From: Bacteriovoracaceae bacterium
GTDB taxonomy: Bacteria > Bdellovibrionota > Bacteriovoracia > Bacteriovoracales > Bacteriovoracaceae
NCBI GenBank assembly: GCA_018649885.1
Contig: JABIHA010000058.1
Location: 51,510-71,509 of the forward strand
DNA length: 20,000 nt
Direction of reading: 5' to 3'
Position numbers and translations under genes: made by a program
Notes under the pieces: model-generated
What the model was told of the DNA's origin: nothing
Seen by the model: the letters and a program-made list of their open reading frames with translations, nothing else
The model's database searches: none
Shown: one piece after another, positions 9,596-17,933 of the stretch
How positions within the stretch are numbered: the stretch's first letter is position 1
Layout of the letters: each line of letters begins with the position of its first letter

Positions 9596-9755
9596 CTGCC
9601 CCGTAAATCAATACCTGTTATTTATAAATAAAAACCACCCTATCTCTAAAAAATGATATAGATGACCAATTTTATTAAATTCCAGTAAGGAAAATTTGAT
9701 TGTTATTACTTAAAAATGACCGATTATATAGTATATACATTTTTTGAGGTATTAA

Positions 9756-11663
9756 ATGATAAAGAGTCTCAAAAACAGCAGCGACCTTTACTACCTCGTT
9801 GGTGTGATAATACTAAGTGTATCAATACACATCTTCTCACTCATCGCATCGAGGACCTTTCTTTCTAGCTGGAGTTTAGTTCACTACCCCCTTCATACTG
9901 CTCTTGAAATCGGAGGCTCATTTATCGCCTTCTTGGTAGCATCATCGCTCATAGTTTTGGAAAAGAATGGCAGAGGAACATCTTATAACTATATTATCGC
10001 CATGGCGTTACTCGGAATGGGAATTTTTGATGGGTTCCACTCATTTGTCCACGCTGGTAAAGAATTTGTCTTACTTCACAGTATGGCCACGCTATGGGGG
10101 GGATCTCTTTTTGTATTGATCTTTCTCCCTCGCCCTCTAAGGACAAAAATCAAACTTTCTTGGTGCATGGGAATAGGATTGGTTTCTGTGGCACTTTGCC
10201 TTCTCGTAATATCAAAACCTCATATCTTTCCAAATATGCTAAGAAATGGTCAGTTCACAATGTGGGCAAAGGCACTCAATATTATGGGGGGGATTTTCCT
10301 GATCCTGACCTCTATGAAGTTTATTTTGTATTTTGTGAAAAAGAGAAACTTCGATGATTTCCTTTTTTTCCTTCACACCCTTCTTTTTGGACTCGCTGCA
10401 GTTATGTTTGAACAATCTCAACTTTGGGACGCTGCCTGGTGGGGATGGCACTTCCTCCGATTTTTTGCCTACGCTGTTGCTGCTTGGTTTGTCATAAAAA
10501 GCGTCAAAGCCTCCATGCGCGAAATAGCTGACAAAGAGTTAGAACGTAGTCTCATTTTAGAAAATAACTTTTTCCTTAAAACTATTTTGGATTCTTTTGA
10601 GGATTTTGTGTTTGTATTTGACCAAAACAACCAGTATTCATTTTGCAGTAACTCCGTTGTTGAAACACTCGGTTACGATTTAAAAAAGTTTTCTAACAAA
10701 AATATGGAGGAGGTCAAAGATATTGTTTTGAAAAGTCACAAGAAAAAAACAAATGTATTAGAGGCGGCAATTGAAGAGTTTTACATGGTAAATTTAAAGG
10801 GCGAAAATGTTCCAATTTCTATATCTATCAAAGACTTGACTAACAGCAAGAGAAAAGAGATTGGAAAAATATTAATTTTCAAAAATTTGATAAAGCTTAA
10901 ACTGCGAGAGAATTTAATAAACCTTCAAAAAGAAAAAATCATCAATTCTTCAAAACTAGCTTCGTTAGGAGAAATGGCAGGAGGGATTGCCCATGAGATT
11001 AATAATCCGTTGACAATCATTTCATCCTCTACCTATGTTTTAAAAAAGATCATTAAGAAAGGTAAACTTAGTGAGGATTCTGTTAATAAAGTCATCTCAG
11101 ATATTGAAACGACGGTAAATAGAATAAGCAAAATCATCAATGGTCTGAAAACAGTTTCAAGGGACTCAAGTGGTTTTAGCTTAGAAAAAACTACACTTGG
11201 GGAAATCTTCAGTGATGTCTTAGGACTCTGCTCAGAGCGCTTTAAAAACAATGACACCAGGCTTGAAGTGAATACTGATTCAAAAGAATTCAAAACGGTA
11301 TTTAAATGTGACAGAGTTCAACTCTCACAAGTGCTACTCAATATGCTGGGAAATGCATATGACGCCGTGGAAGACTTAGATGAAAGATGGGTAAAAATTG
11401 AACTGACTGAAAGTGATGATTTTTTCACCCTGGCCATTACCGACAGTGGACATGGCATTTCAGAGGAAGTTCGAAAAAGGATATTTAATCCATTTTTCAC
11501 CACCAAAATAACGGGAAAGGGAACAGGCCTAGGACTATCCATCTCAAAAACAATTATTGAAAAACATGGTGGTTCACTTGAAATCGACAGGGGTTGCCAA
11601 AACACGTGCTTTATCATTACGCTGTCAAAAAAACTTTCAAAAGATAGTTTAGATGTGGACTAG
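9756..11663 (+). CDS. Membrane sensor histidine kinase (multi-TM MASE3-like input, degenerate PAS, HisKA, HATPase)
   Basis: About 7-8 hydrophobic segments in the first 250 aa, then PAS-like ILDSFEDFVFVFD. H-box LASLGEMAGGIAHEINNPL, N-box QVLLNMLGNAYDA, G boxes DSGHGI and FFTTK..GKGTGLGL. RBS GAGGT 9746-9750. Confidence 0.92.
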   Translation: MIKSLKNSSDLYYLVGVIILSVSIHIFSLIASRTFLSSWSLVHYPLHTALEIGGSFIAFLVASSLIVLEKNGRGTSYNYIIAMALLGMGIFDGFHSFVHAGKEFVLLHSMATLWGGSLFVLIFLPRPLRTKIKLSWCMGIGLVSVALCLLVISKPHIFPNMLRNGQFTMWAKALNIMGGIFLILTSMKFILYFVKKRNFDDFLFFLHTLLFGLAAVMFEQSQLWDAAWWGWHFLRFFAYAVAAWFVIKSVKASMREIADKELERSLILENNFFLKTILDSFEDFVFVFDQNNQYSFCSNSVVETLGYDLKKFSNKNMEEVKDIVLKSHKKKTNVLEAAIEEFYMVNLKGENVPISISIKDLTNSKRKEIGKILIFKNLIKLKLRENLINLQKEKIINSSKLASLGEMAGGIAHEINNPLTIISSSTYVLKKIIKKGKLSEDSVNKVISDIETTVNRISKIINGLKTVSRDSSGFSLEKTTLGEIFSDVLGLCSERFKNNDTRLEVNTDSKEFKTVFKCDRVQLSQVLLNMLGNAYDAVEDLDERWVKIELTESDDFFTLAITDSGHGISEEVRKRIFNPFFTTKITGKGTGLGLSISKTIIEKHGGSLEIDRGCQNTCFIITLSKKLSKDSLDVD

Positions 11664-13039
11664 AGAAAACCTACTTTAAATTTTCGATTTTTAATTTTTC
11701 CAGATCTTAGTTTGAAGACTACCTCTTCCGCCTTTTCGCTAACAATAGCGACAAAGCTTGTAACATTTGTGACAGAGATTTTGCCAATCTCTTTAAAGTC
11801 TAACCCAACTTCTCCAACGATAGCACCAACAATGTCCCCAGGTCTCAATTTATCTTTCTTTCCACCACTAATATAAATAGTGGTCATAGGTGGAGTTAAG
11901 TCATATTCGCTTGCACTAGATAACTCTTTAATAGACTGGGGTTGAAATTTTTTGCCGCTTATCTCCGAAATTTCCTCAAATTCGTCAACTTGCTTTGCTG
12001 TAAAAAAACTAATGGCAATACCTTTTTTTCCCGCCCGAGCAGTCCTACCTACTCGGTGAACATAAACTTCTGGACTAAAAGGGAGATCAAAATTAATAAC
12101 TAGCTCAAGATCTTGAATATCAAGCCCTCTTGCAGCCACATCGGTTGCCACAAGTGCGGACAAACTTCTATTTGAAAACATTGTAAGCACTTCGGTTCTA
12201 TCATTTTGCAGTAAATCCCCATGGATCGCCTCAGCATATACCTTATTTTGCCTTAGAAATTTGGCAACACTATCTGAGATGATTTTTGTTTTACAAAATA
12301 CCAGAAATCTATCGGGCCTGTAATGGGCCAAGACTCTAAGTAACGCCTCTTCCTTATCCTTGTGAGATTCAAGCTCAAAAAAACTTTGTTCAATAATGTC
12401 TTTAGAATGCTCTGTATCCACTTCAACAAGCTCCGCATCACTTTGAAGTTCAAGTCCAAGATCTTTTATGGCCTCTGGAAAAGTTGCTGAAAATAAGAGA
12501 GTTTGTCTATCTTTAGGAATTTCGTGAGCAATTTTTAAAATATCCTCTTGAAACCCCATATCCAACATTCTATCTGCTTCATCTAAAACGAGTGAATTAG
12601 CAGTATGAAGTTTTAAGGTATTTTTTCCAAGTAATCTAAGAACTCTCCCAGGAGTTCCCACAATAATATGGGCACCATGACCTAGAGACTTTTCTTGATG
12701 GTACTCGGGAGTGCCACCGGTAATGGTCAGTACTTTTACATTTTTTAGCATTCTAGCAAGCGTTCTAATCTCTTTTGCCACCTGTTCAGCAAGCTCTCTG
12801 GTAGGACATAAAATAAGAGACTGAACCCTGGTATTTGAAATATTAAGTGAGTTTAATATGCCCAGTCCAAAAGCAGCTGTTTTTCCACTACCTGTTTTAG
12901 CCTTGGCAATGATATCCCTTTTAGCAAGCACTACAGGGAGTCCCTTGGCCTGGATAGGAGTCATAGAATGGAAATTAAGCTCTTTTAAGTTCTCTAACAA
13001 CTCTTGTTTTAAATTTAGTGATTCAAATTTACCCTTCAT
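11660..13039 (-). CDS. dbpA: ATP-dependent DEAD-box RNA helicase DbpA
   Basis: Q motif MTPIQ, AKTGSGKT, PTRELA, TPGR, DEAD, SAT, ARGLD and HRVGRTAR. C-terminal DbpA RNA-binding domain GGKKDKLRPGDIVGA. Start placed at ATG 13039. Confidence 0.93.
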   Translation of the reverse strand: MKGKFESLNLKQELLENLKELNFHSMTPIQAKGLPVVLAKRDIIAKAKTGSGKTAAFGLGILNSLNISNTRVQSLILCPTRELAEQVAKEIRTLARMLKNVKVLTITGGTPEYHQEKSLGHGAHIIVGTPGRVLRLLGKNTLKLHTANSLVLDEADRMLDMGFQEDILKIAHEIPKDRQTLLFSATFPEAIKDLGLELQSDAELVEVDTEHSKDIIEQSFFELESHKDKEEALLRVLAHYRPDRFLVFCKTKIISDSVAKFLRQNKVYAEAIHGDLLQNDRTEVLTMFSNRSLSALVATDVAARGLDIQDLELVINFDLPFSPEVYVHRVGRTARAGKKGIAISFFTAKQVDEFEEISEISGKKFQPQSIKELSSASEYDLTPPMTTIYISGGKKDKLRPGDIVGAIVGEVGLDFKEIGKISVTNVTSFVAIVSEKAEEVVFKLRSGKIKNRKFKVGFL

Positions 13040-13206
13040 TTTTAAACTTTTACAGCACAAAAAATTAAGTGTCCAGCAAGCTGAATTCTCTACTCAGTTG
13101 ATATATTCTGGATACTTGGCCCATTTTCTTAATCCTATTTTCATCACCCACCTAACTTTCAAAAATGGCCTACTGCTGCCTTACCCGAGTGTTCGTGTCA
13201 ATATCT

Positions 13207-13233
13207 CATAAGCTATTGAAAAAATGCCGATAA
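13207..13233 (+). promoter_or_regulatory. Putative sigma28 (FliA) promoter
   Basis: Perfect -10 consensus GCCGATAA at 13226-13233 just upstream of the lipoprotein gene. The -35 is imperfect (CATA at 15-nt spacing, TAAG at 13-nt spacing). Confidence 0.45.
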
Positions 13234-13253
13234 GTGCCCATGTAATGACTTCT

Positions 13254-16200
13254 ATGGAGGCATATATAAAAGAGAAGTTTTTCATCCTGGTTTTTTTCAG
13301 CTTTTTATTTGCTGCTTGTAATGTAGTAAGCAAAAGTAGTGTAGATGATAGCTTTCTTCAAACTGAAATTGAGGCATTTGCTTTTACAAATTCGATCACC
13401 AGCTATGGCACACTTTTTAAATCAGAAGAAACTCTTACAAAGACTGTGATATTTATCAATATGGGTACACAAGATATTCCAAATTGTAGCTCAGCTGCAT
13501 TTACTGGTGACACATCTCACTTTTCAATTATCAGCGATAGTTGTGGAATCAAAGATTTAAAAAGAGGAACCAGTTGTAACTTTGAAATACAAGCAGCTCC
13601 AACTGCAGTGGGAACATTTACAGCGACACTTAGTCGAACTTGTAATGGCAGTACAGAAAGTACACAGGTCCAAACAACAGGTGTAGGTCTTACAGTAACG
13701 GCCTTTTCTCCTGTCTCTGGATCTACAATTCATGAACCTAATTCAAATTTATTTGCTGTGTTTTCTCACGCAATCAGTACTTTCTCTCTTTCTGGAAGCA
13801 ACATTTCACTGCTTGATACAAATACCGGGATTAGCTTCCCCACTGACTTTAGTTACAATAGTTCAAGTAAAACTGTCACCATTGATCCCAAGCTGCCCTT
13901 GCCCTCTTCGAGATCAATAACTATGACTGTAACCACCAATATTACAACAACGCTTGGTACGGCCCTTGAAACTGAAACAAGTAATGTTATCACTACCGGA
14001 GATGCTCAGGTCTTCACACATGGCTATGCAACCACTTACAATTCCCCCTCACTCAGGGGAACATGCTCACTTACCTCTACAAATCTAACTGCCACGCTAA
14101 ATGGTGCAGCCGCTGGAGTCAATATTGTTTACAACGATGTGGATTGCAGTGATGGAAATTTTGAAATTACACCTGATTTATCCATTGCAGGTAATGGTTC
14201 ACAAACAGTAACCATTAACGTTGACAGTAATAGCACAACGAACACCTCTTCAATCACGATCACTATGAATAAGTGCGCTTCTTTTGCGGCCATTGCAGCT
14301 TTTGGTGCATTTGATGGTGGAGATGGATCTATAGGTGACCCTTACCTCATCAGTACAAGAGCGCAATTAAATGAAGTTCGCAGCGATGTGACAAAGGCCT
14401 ATAAGTTAACCGCTGATATAGATCTATCATGCTACTCTTTCGCACCCATTGGACCTTCTAGCTTTAGTGGTGTTTTTGATGGAGATGGATATGCTGTGAG
14501 TGGCTTCTCTCTTGAAAATGATGTGGCAACCCCCAGAGGATTTTTTGGGGTAATCGATGATGGGCTTGTGAAAAATTTTGATCTAACAGATCTTTTTGTT
14601 GAACAAACCGGAGGCCAGCCCTATATCGGGGGCCTCACCGGAAGGGTTATCGCTGGAACTGGTCCAGCAATTGTTTCAAATGTTTTAGTAACAGGTAGAG
14701 TTATTTCAGATACAGGTTATGTGGGCCTAGTTTTCGGTTCGTCTACTACTGCAAGTCATTACTTTACCGATGTCTGGGTTTCTGGTTTTGCTGAGACATC
14801 TGCGAATCCAAGTATCCTGTCGCTTTTTGGTGGAAACAATGGCGATACAACAATGCAAAATATTTATGTCCAAGGCTCACTGTCAGGAGCCAAACATATT
14901 GGTGGAATTGGAGGTTACAGTGCTGGTGGAGTGGTTTTTAAAAATGGATTTTGCGATGTCTATGTCGACACAAATGATGAAAGAGTAGGGGGTTGTTTTG
15001 GAACCCTCATCAACGGCACCTTGTCCAATGTAGCATCCAAAGGAATTGTGCTAGGAGCTAACTACATTGGGGGAATTTGTGGTCTTACCGGTCAAAGACC
15101 ATTTTTTCACCGCGTAAGCTCTGAATCAAATGTCACCACTTCAGGTGCAGTTGCAGGTGGCATCTCTGGTAAAATCATGGACTCAGCTGTCATCAGTCAT
15201 GCAAGGTCATCAGGGACAGTTCTAAATACAGGGCCATTCGACTACAATGGTGGAATTTCAGCAATTATGAGTAATGTCACAATGGTTTTGAACTCATCGT
15301 CAACGTCCAATATTTCTGGTGGAGATAATTTTAATGGGGGAATAGCAGGGCTCCTTCTGACAGGTATCATCATAAATAATTCTTACTCAACAGGCACCCT
15401 TTCAGGAAATAACAATACGGGTGGAATCGTCGGAAGAATTGGGGATGCTAACACTTATGTTGAAAATTCCCATTACTATGGAGGAGATATTACTTCCACC
15501 TTGAGTGCAGGAGGAGGAATCACTGGATTAAACTGGGGAACCATCACCAATAGCTATTTCTTAGATGGACTTTGTGAGCTAGGCAATGGCTGTGATGATA
15601 CCAACGGTGGAGTTGAGTATTCTGCAGCTCAGATGAGTGTAGAAGGAAATTATTCTGGCTGGGATTTTACCAGTGGAAGAAACTGGGTTTTAAAAAGTGC
15701 AGCAAATTATCCTACTCTTAGTTTTGAAGACTGCACGACATACACGGAGGTCACTGCAGCAACTAGCTTTGCTGGGGGAGATGGGACTGGTGGGGCCCCT
15801 TATCAAATCGAAACTCTTGCACAACTTCAATTTGCAACCACACTACCAACATCAAATTTTATTTTAAACAACAATATTGATGCCTCGGGATCTTGTTATA
15901 GCTGGACTCCATTTGGCAGTAACGCTGCTCCTTTTACAGGGGTTTTCAATGGCAACTCTAAAACCGTACAGGGTCTCTTTATAGAAAATGATTCAACTGA
16001 CTCTGGATTTTTTGGTTCCATCAATGGAGCAACAGTAAGTGACCTAAGCTTACATAACTTTGTAACTGGTTTAAATAACCTAAGAGCGGGAAGCCTTGCT
16101 GGGGATGCCAACAACTCAACTATCACCAGTGTCATTAATTACGGACATGTGGTAAACGCCGCAGATGATACTGGTGGATTAGTTGGCATTGCCCAAAATG

Positions 16201-16733
16201 GAACCACTATTACAACAAGTAGCAATTCAGGTTATGTAGGATCAAACTCTGATGATGTGGGAGGGCTGGTAGGAGATTGCGATAACTGCACCATCACTAA
16301 TTCCACAAATTCAGGAAATATTTCTGGATACGATGATGTGGGAGGAATTGTAGGACAGAGCTCAAACACTGCAACAATATCTGATGTCAAAAATTCGGGA
16401 TTAATCCAGGGAGAGACTTCAGTTGGTGGAGGGGTAGGAAATTTATCAGCAGCGACTGATTCAATAACCAATGGACTCAGCATCGGCTCTGTCTATGGAG
16501 ATACAAGCTCAGCAAGCTTTGTGGCAGATAAAGATGCTGGCGCCACTGTAACAGATAGCTTTTTCTTAGATACTGCATGCGGAGTTGGACCACCCGTTGG
16601 TTGTGCGGAGGCCAGTACTGCTATAGGGCTGACTCAGGCAAATTTAATTTTACAGGCCAGCTATCCAGGAGGATGGAACTTTACCACCATTTGGGAGATC
16701 AATAACGGTGTAAGCTATCCAAACTTACGGTAG
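13254..16733 (+). CDS. Large predicted lipoprotein: Ig-like domains plus two tandem GLUG-motif (beta-helix-type) modules
   Basis: Lipobox-like KEKFFILVFFSFLFAAC, followed by Ig-like segments. Two modules each begin GGDG...PY.I.T.AQL, carry FxGVFxG and many (V/I)GG(L/I)VG repeats, and end W.F...W......YP.L. The start is uncertain (ATG 13224/13245/13254, or ATA 13266). Confidence 0.82.
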   Translation: MEAYIKEKFFILVFFSFLFAACNVVSKSSVDDSFLQTEIEAFAFTNSITSYGTLFKSEETLTKTVIFINMGTQDIPNCSSAAFTGDTSHFSIISDSCGIKDLKRGTSCNFEIQAAPTAVGTFTATLSRTCNGSTESTQVQTTGVGLTVTAFSPVSGSTIHEPNSNLFAVFSHAISTFSLSGSNISLLDTNTGISFPTDFSYNSSSKTVTIDPKLPLPSSRSITMTVTTNITTTLGTALETETSNVITTGDAQVFTHGYATTYNSPSLRGTCSLTSTNLTATLNGAAAGVNIVYNDVDCSDGNFEITPDLSIAGNGSQTVTINVDSNSTTNTSSITITMNKCASFAAIAAFGAFDGGDGSIGDPYLISTRAQLNEVRSDVTKAYKLTADIDLSCYSFAPIGPSSFSGVFDGDGYAVSGFSLENDVATPRGFFGVIDDGLVKNFDLTDLFVEQTGGQPYIGGLTGRVIAGTGPAIVSNVLVTGRVISDTGYVGLVFGSSTTASHYFTDVWVSGFAETSANPSILSLFGGNNGDTTMQNIYVQGSLSGAKHIGGIGGYSAGGVVFKNGFCDVYVDTNDERVGGCFGTLINGTLSNVASKGIVLGANYIGGICGLTGQRPFFHRVSSESNVTTSGAVAGGISGKIMDSAVISHARSSGTVLNTGPFDYNGGISAIMSNVTMVLNSSSTSNISGGDNFNGGIAGLLLTGIIINNSYSTGTLSGNNNTGGIVGRIGDANTYVENSHYYGGDITSTLSAGGGITGLNWGTITNSYFLDGLCELGNGCDDTNGGVEYSAAQMSVEGNYSGWDFTSGRNWVLKSAANYPTLSFEDCTTYTEVTAATSFAGGDGTGGAPYQIETLAQLQFATTLPTSNFILNNNIDASGSCYSWTPFGSNAAPFTGVFNGNSKTVQGLFIENDSTDSGFFGSINGATVSDLSLHNFVTGLNNLRAGSLAGDANNSTITSVINYGHVVNAADDTGGLVGIAQNGTTITTSSNSGYVGSNSDDVGGLVGDCDNCTITNSTNSGNISGYDDVGGIVGQSSNTATISDVKNSGLIQGETSVGGGVGNLSAATDSITNGLSIGSVYGDTSSASFVADKDAGATVTDSFFLDTACGVGPPVGCAEASTAIGLTQANLILQASYPGGWNFTTIWEINNGVSYPNLR

Positions 16734-16822
16734 AACAAGTGTTCCAAAAACCATCTCGAATATTTAAATACTTATACACTTGTAGCTCAACAAACTAAAT
16801 TATAAATCCTGGGTTTTTCATG

Positions 16823-16851
16823 GAAATTTTTCAATTTTCTTTGAAAATTTC
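16823..16851. promoter_or_regulatory. Inverted repeat, candidate operator upstream of the secreted-protein gene
   Basis: gaaatttttcaa-N6-ttgaaaatttc (11-bp arms, one extra T), ending about 45 nt upstream of ATG 16896. Confidence 0.3.
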
Positions 16852-16895
16852 TCGTAAGTGTTAGTCTCTGGCTGCACAATACGAAGGAAGCATTC

Positions 16896-17396
16896 ATGAT
16901 TAAATCAATTACGCTTTTCGCGCTTTTAAGTATTCTTTCTTTTTCCAGTTTCGGAGTAGAGCTCACCCTCGGGTTCGATGAAACTGAAACATGTTTTAGT
17001 GAAACAGTTTCGGATGAACACATTGATAAAAGCTCGAGAGTTGGTACTTTTCTTAAGGTCACGGGGATTAGATTCCCTTACAAATTGGACCCTAACAGTA
17101 CTGCGAGCACCCTGCCTACAAGAGGTGACGCCTTAAGAACACTGGAAAGTGGCCTATCTAGAGACAATTGCCGGCCATCCTACAGTGAAGATGCAGTAAA
17201 TTTTAAATGTGTTGGTAAATTAGTTGATACATCAACAAGGAGAGAAGGTACCTCGAGAGCTACTCTAACTGGGAGTAAGTTTAAATGTCAGGTTGTCAAA
17301 ACCTGTGAGGTAAGCGAAGAGGTTTTTGATTTATATCATGAGGCCATGGAAGATGAAGAAGAGTTTGAACTTCCATTTGAATGCCAAATTTTTTAG
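16896..17396 (+). CDS. Hypothetical secreted protein, 166 aa, six Cys
   Basis: Signal peptide MIKSITLFALLSILSFSSFG and RBS AAGGA 16884-16888. Six Cys in the mature part and an acidic C-terminus. Confidence 0.8.
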   Translation: MIKSITLFALLSILSFSSFGVELTLGFDETETCFSETVSDEHIDKSSRVGTFLKVTGIRFPYKLDPNSTASTLPTRGDALRTLESGLSRDNCRPSYSEDAVNFKCVGKLVDTSTRREGTSRATLTGSKFKCQVVKTCEVSEEVFDLYHEAMEDEEEFELPFECQIF

Positions 17397-17462
17397 GCCG
17401 TAACACTAGAGATTATCACCAAGGGCATCATGCAAGCTTGGGGGAATACCCTACTGTAGTGT

Positions 17463-17933
17463 TCAAACATTGAAATCATTTGATTTTTTTTCCAGAAGAC
17501 CATCAATTGTTTCTATCAAAAGCTTCTCATCAATGGGTTTAGCTAAAATAACTGAAACACCTGCGGCCATTGCCATCTTTTCTACTTCTTCAGCACCATG
17601 ACCTGTAATAAGAATAAGTGTAATAAAAAGCTTTTTGACCTTTATAAAATTGGCCAAATCTATTCCAGTCTTGTCTGGCATCAAATAATCAGAAACGACC
17701 AGATCAAATTCACTTTCCTCAAGAGCCTGCTCAGCCTCATCAACACTTCCGCAAGTAGTTACCTTATAATAGTCTTCAAGCACCATTCCTAATAACTTTC
17801 TTGCCGTTGGCTCATCATCCACCACTAGAATATGCTTGAGGGAAAGACTAGTACTACGACTGCCTCCTAGAGTTTTCTGATCCGATTTAAGCTTACCTTG
17901 ATGGTCTTCCTGGGCATTCATATTAATCTGCAT
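17463..17933 (-). CDS. Single-domain response regulator (CheY-like receiver)
   Basis: ILVVDDE, FDLVVSDYLMP (phospho-Asp), LITGHG and ILAKP, with no output domain. The start overlaps or abuts the kinase stop (ATG 17933 or 17921). Confidence 0.9.
   Translation of the reverse strand: MQINMNAQEDHQGKLKSDQKTLGGSRSTSLSLKHILVVDDEPTARKLLGMVLEDYYKVTTCGSVDEAEQALEESEFDLVVSDYLMPDKTGIDLANFIKVKKLFITLILITGHGAEEVEKMAMAAGVSVILAKPIDEKLLIETIDGLLEKKSNDFNV

Noticed and set aside
9618..9631. 14-bp perfect palindrome ttatttataaataa after rluF
   Set aside because: It is A/T only in a very AT-rich spacer and has no GC stem, so it is not supportable as a terminator or operator.
9719..9726. ACCGATTA as a second sigma28 -10 upstream of the membrane kinase
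   Set aside because: Two mismatches to the consensus and no -35 element at the expected spacing.
17398..17467. Integron attC site (AAC...GTT-bounded hairpin)
   Set aside because: The ends CCGTAAC/GTTCAAA do not fit RYYYAAC/GTTRRRY. The flanking genes are convergent, and there is no cassette array or integrase.
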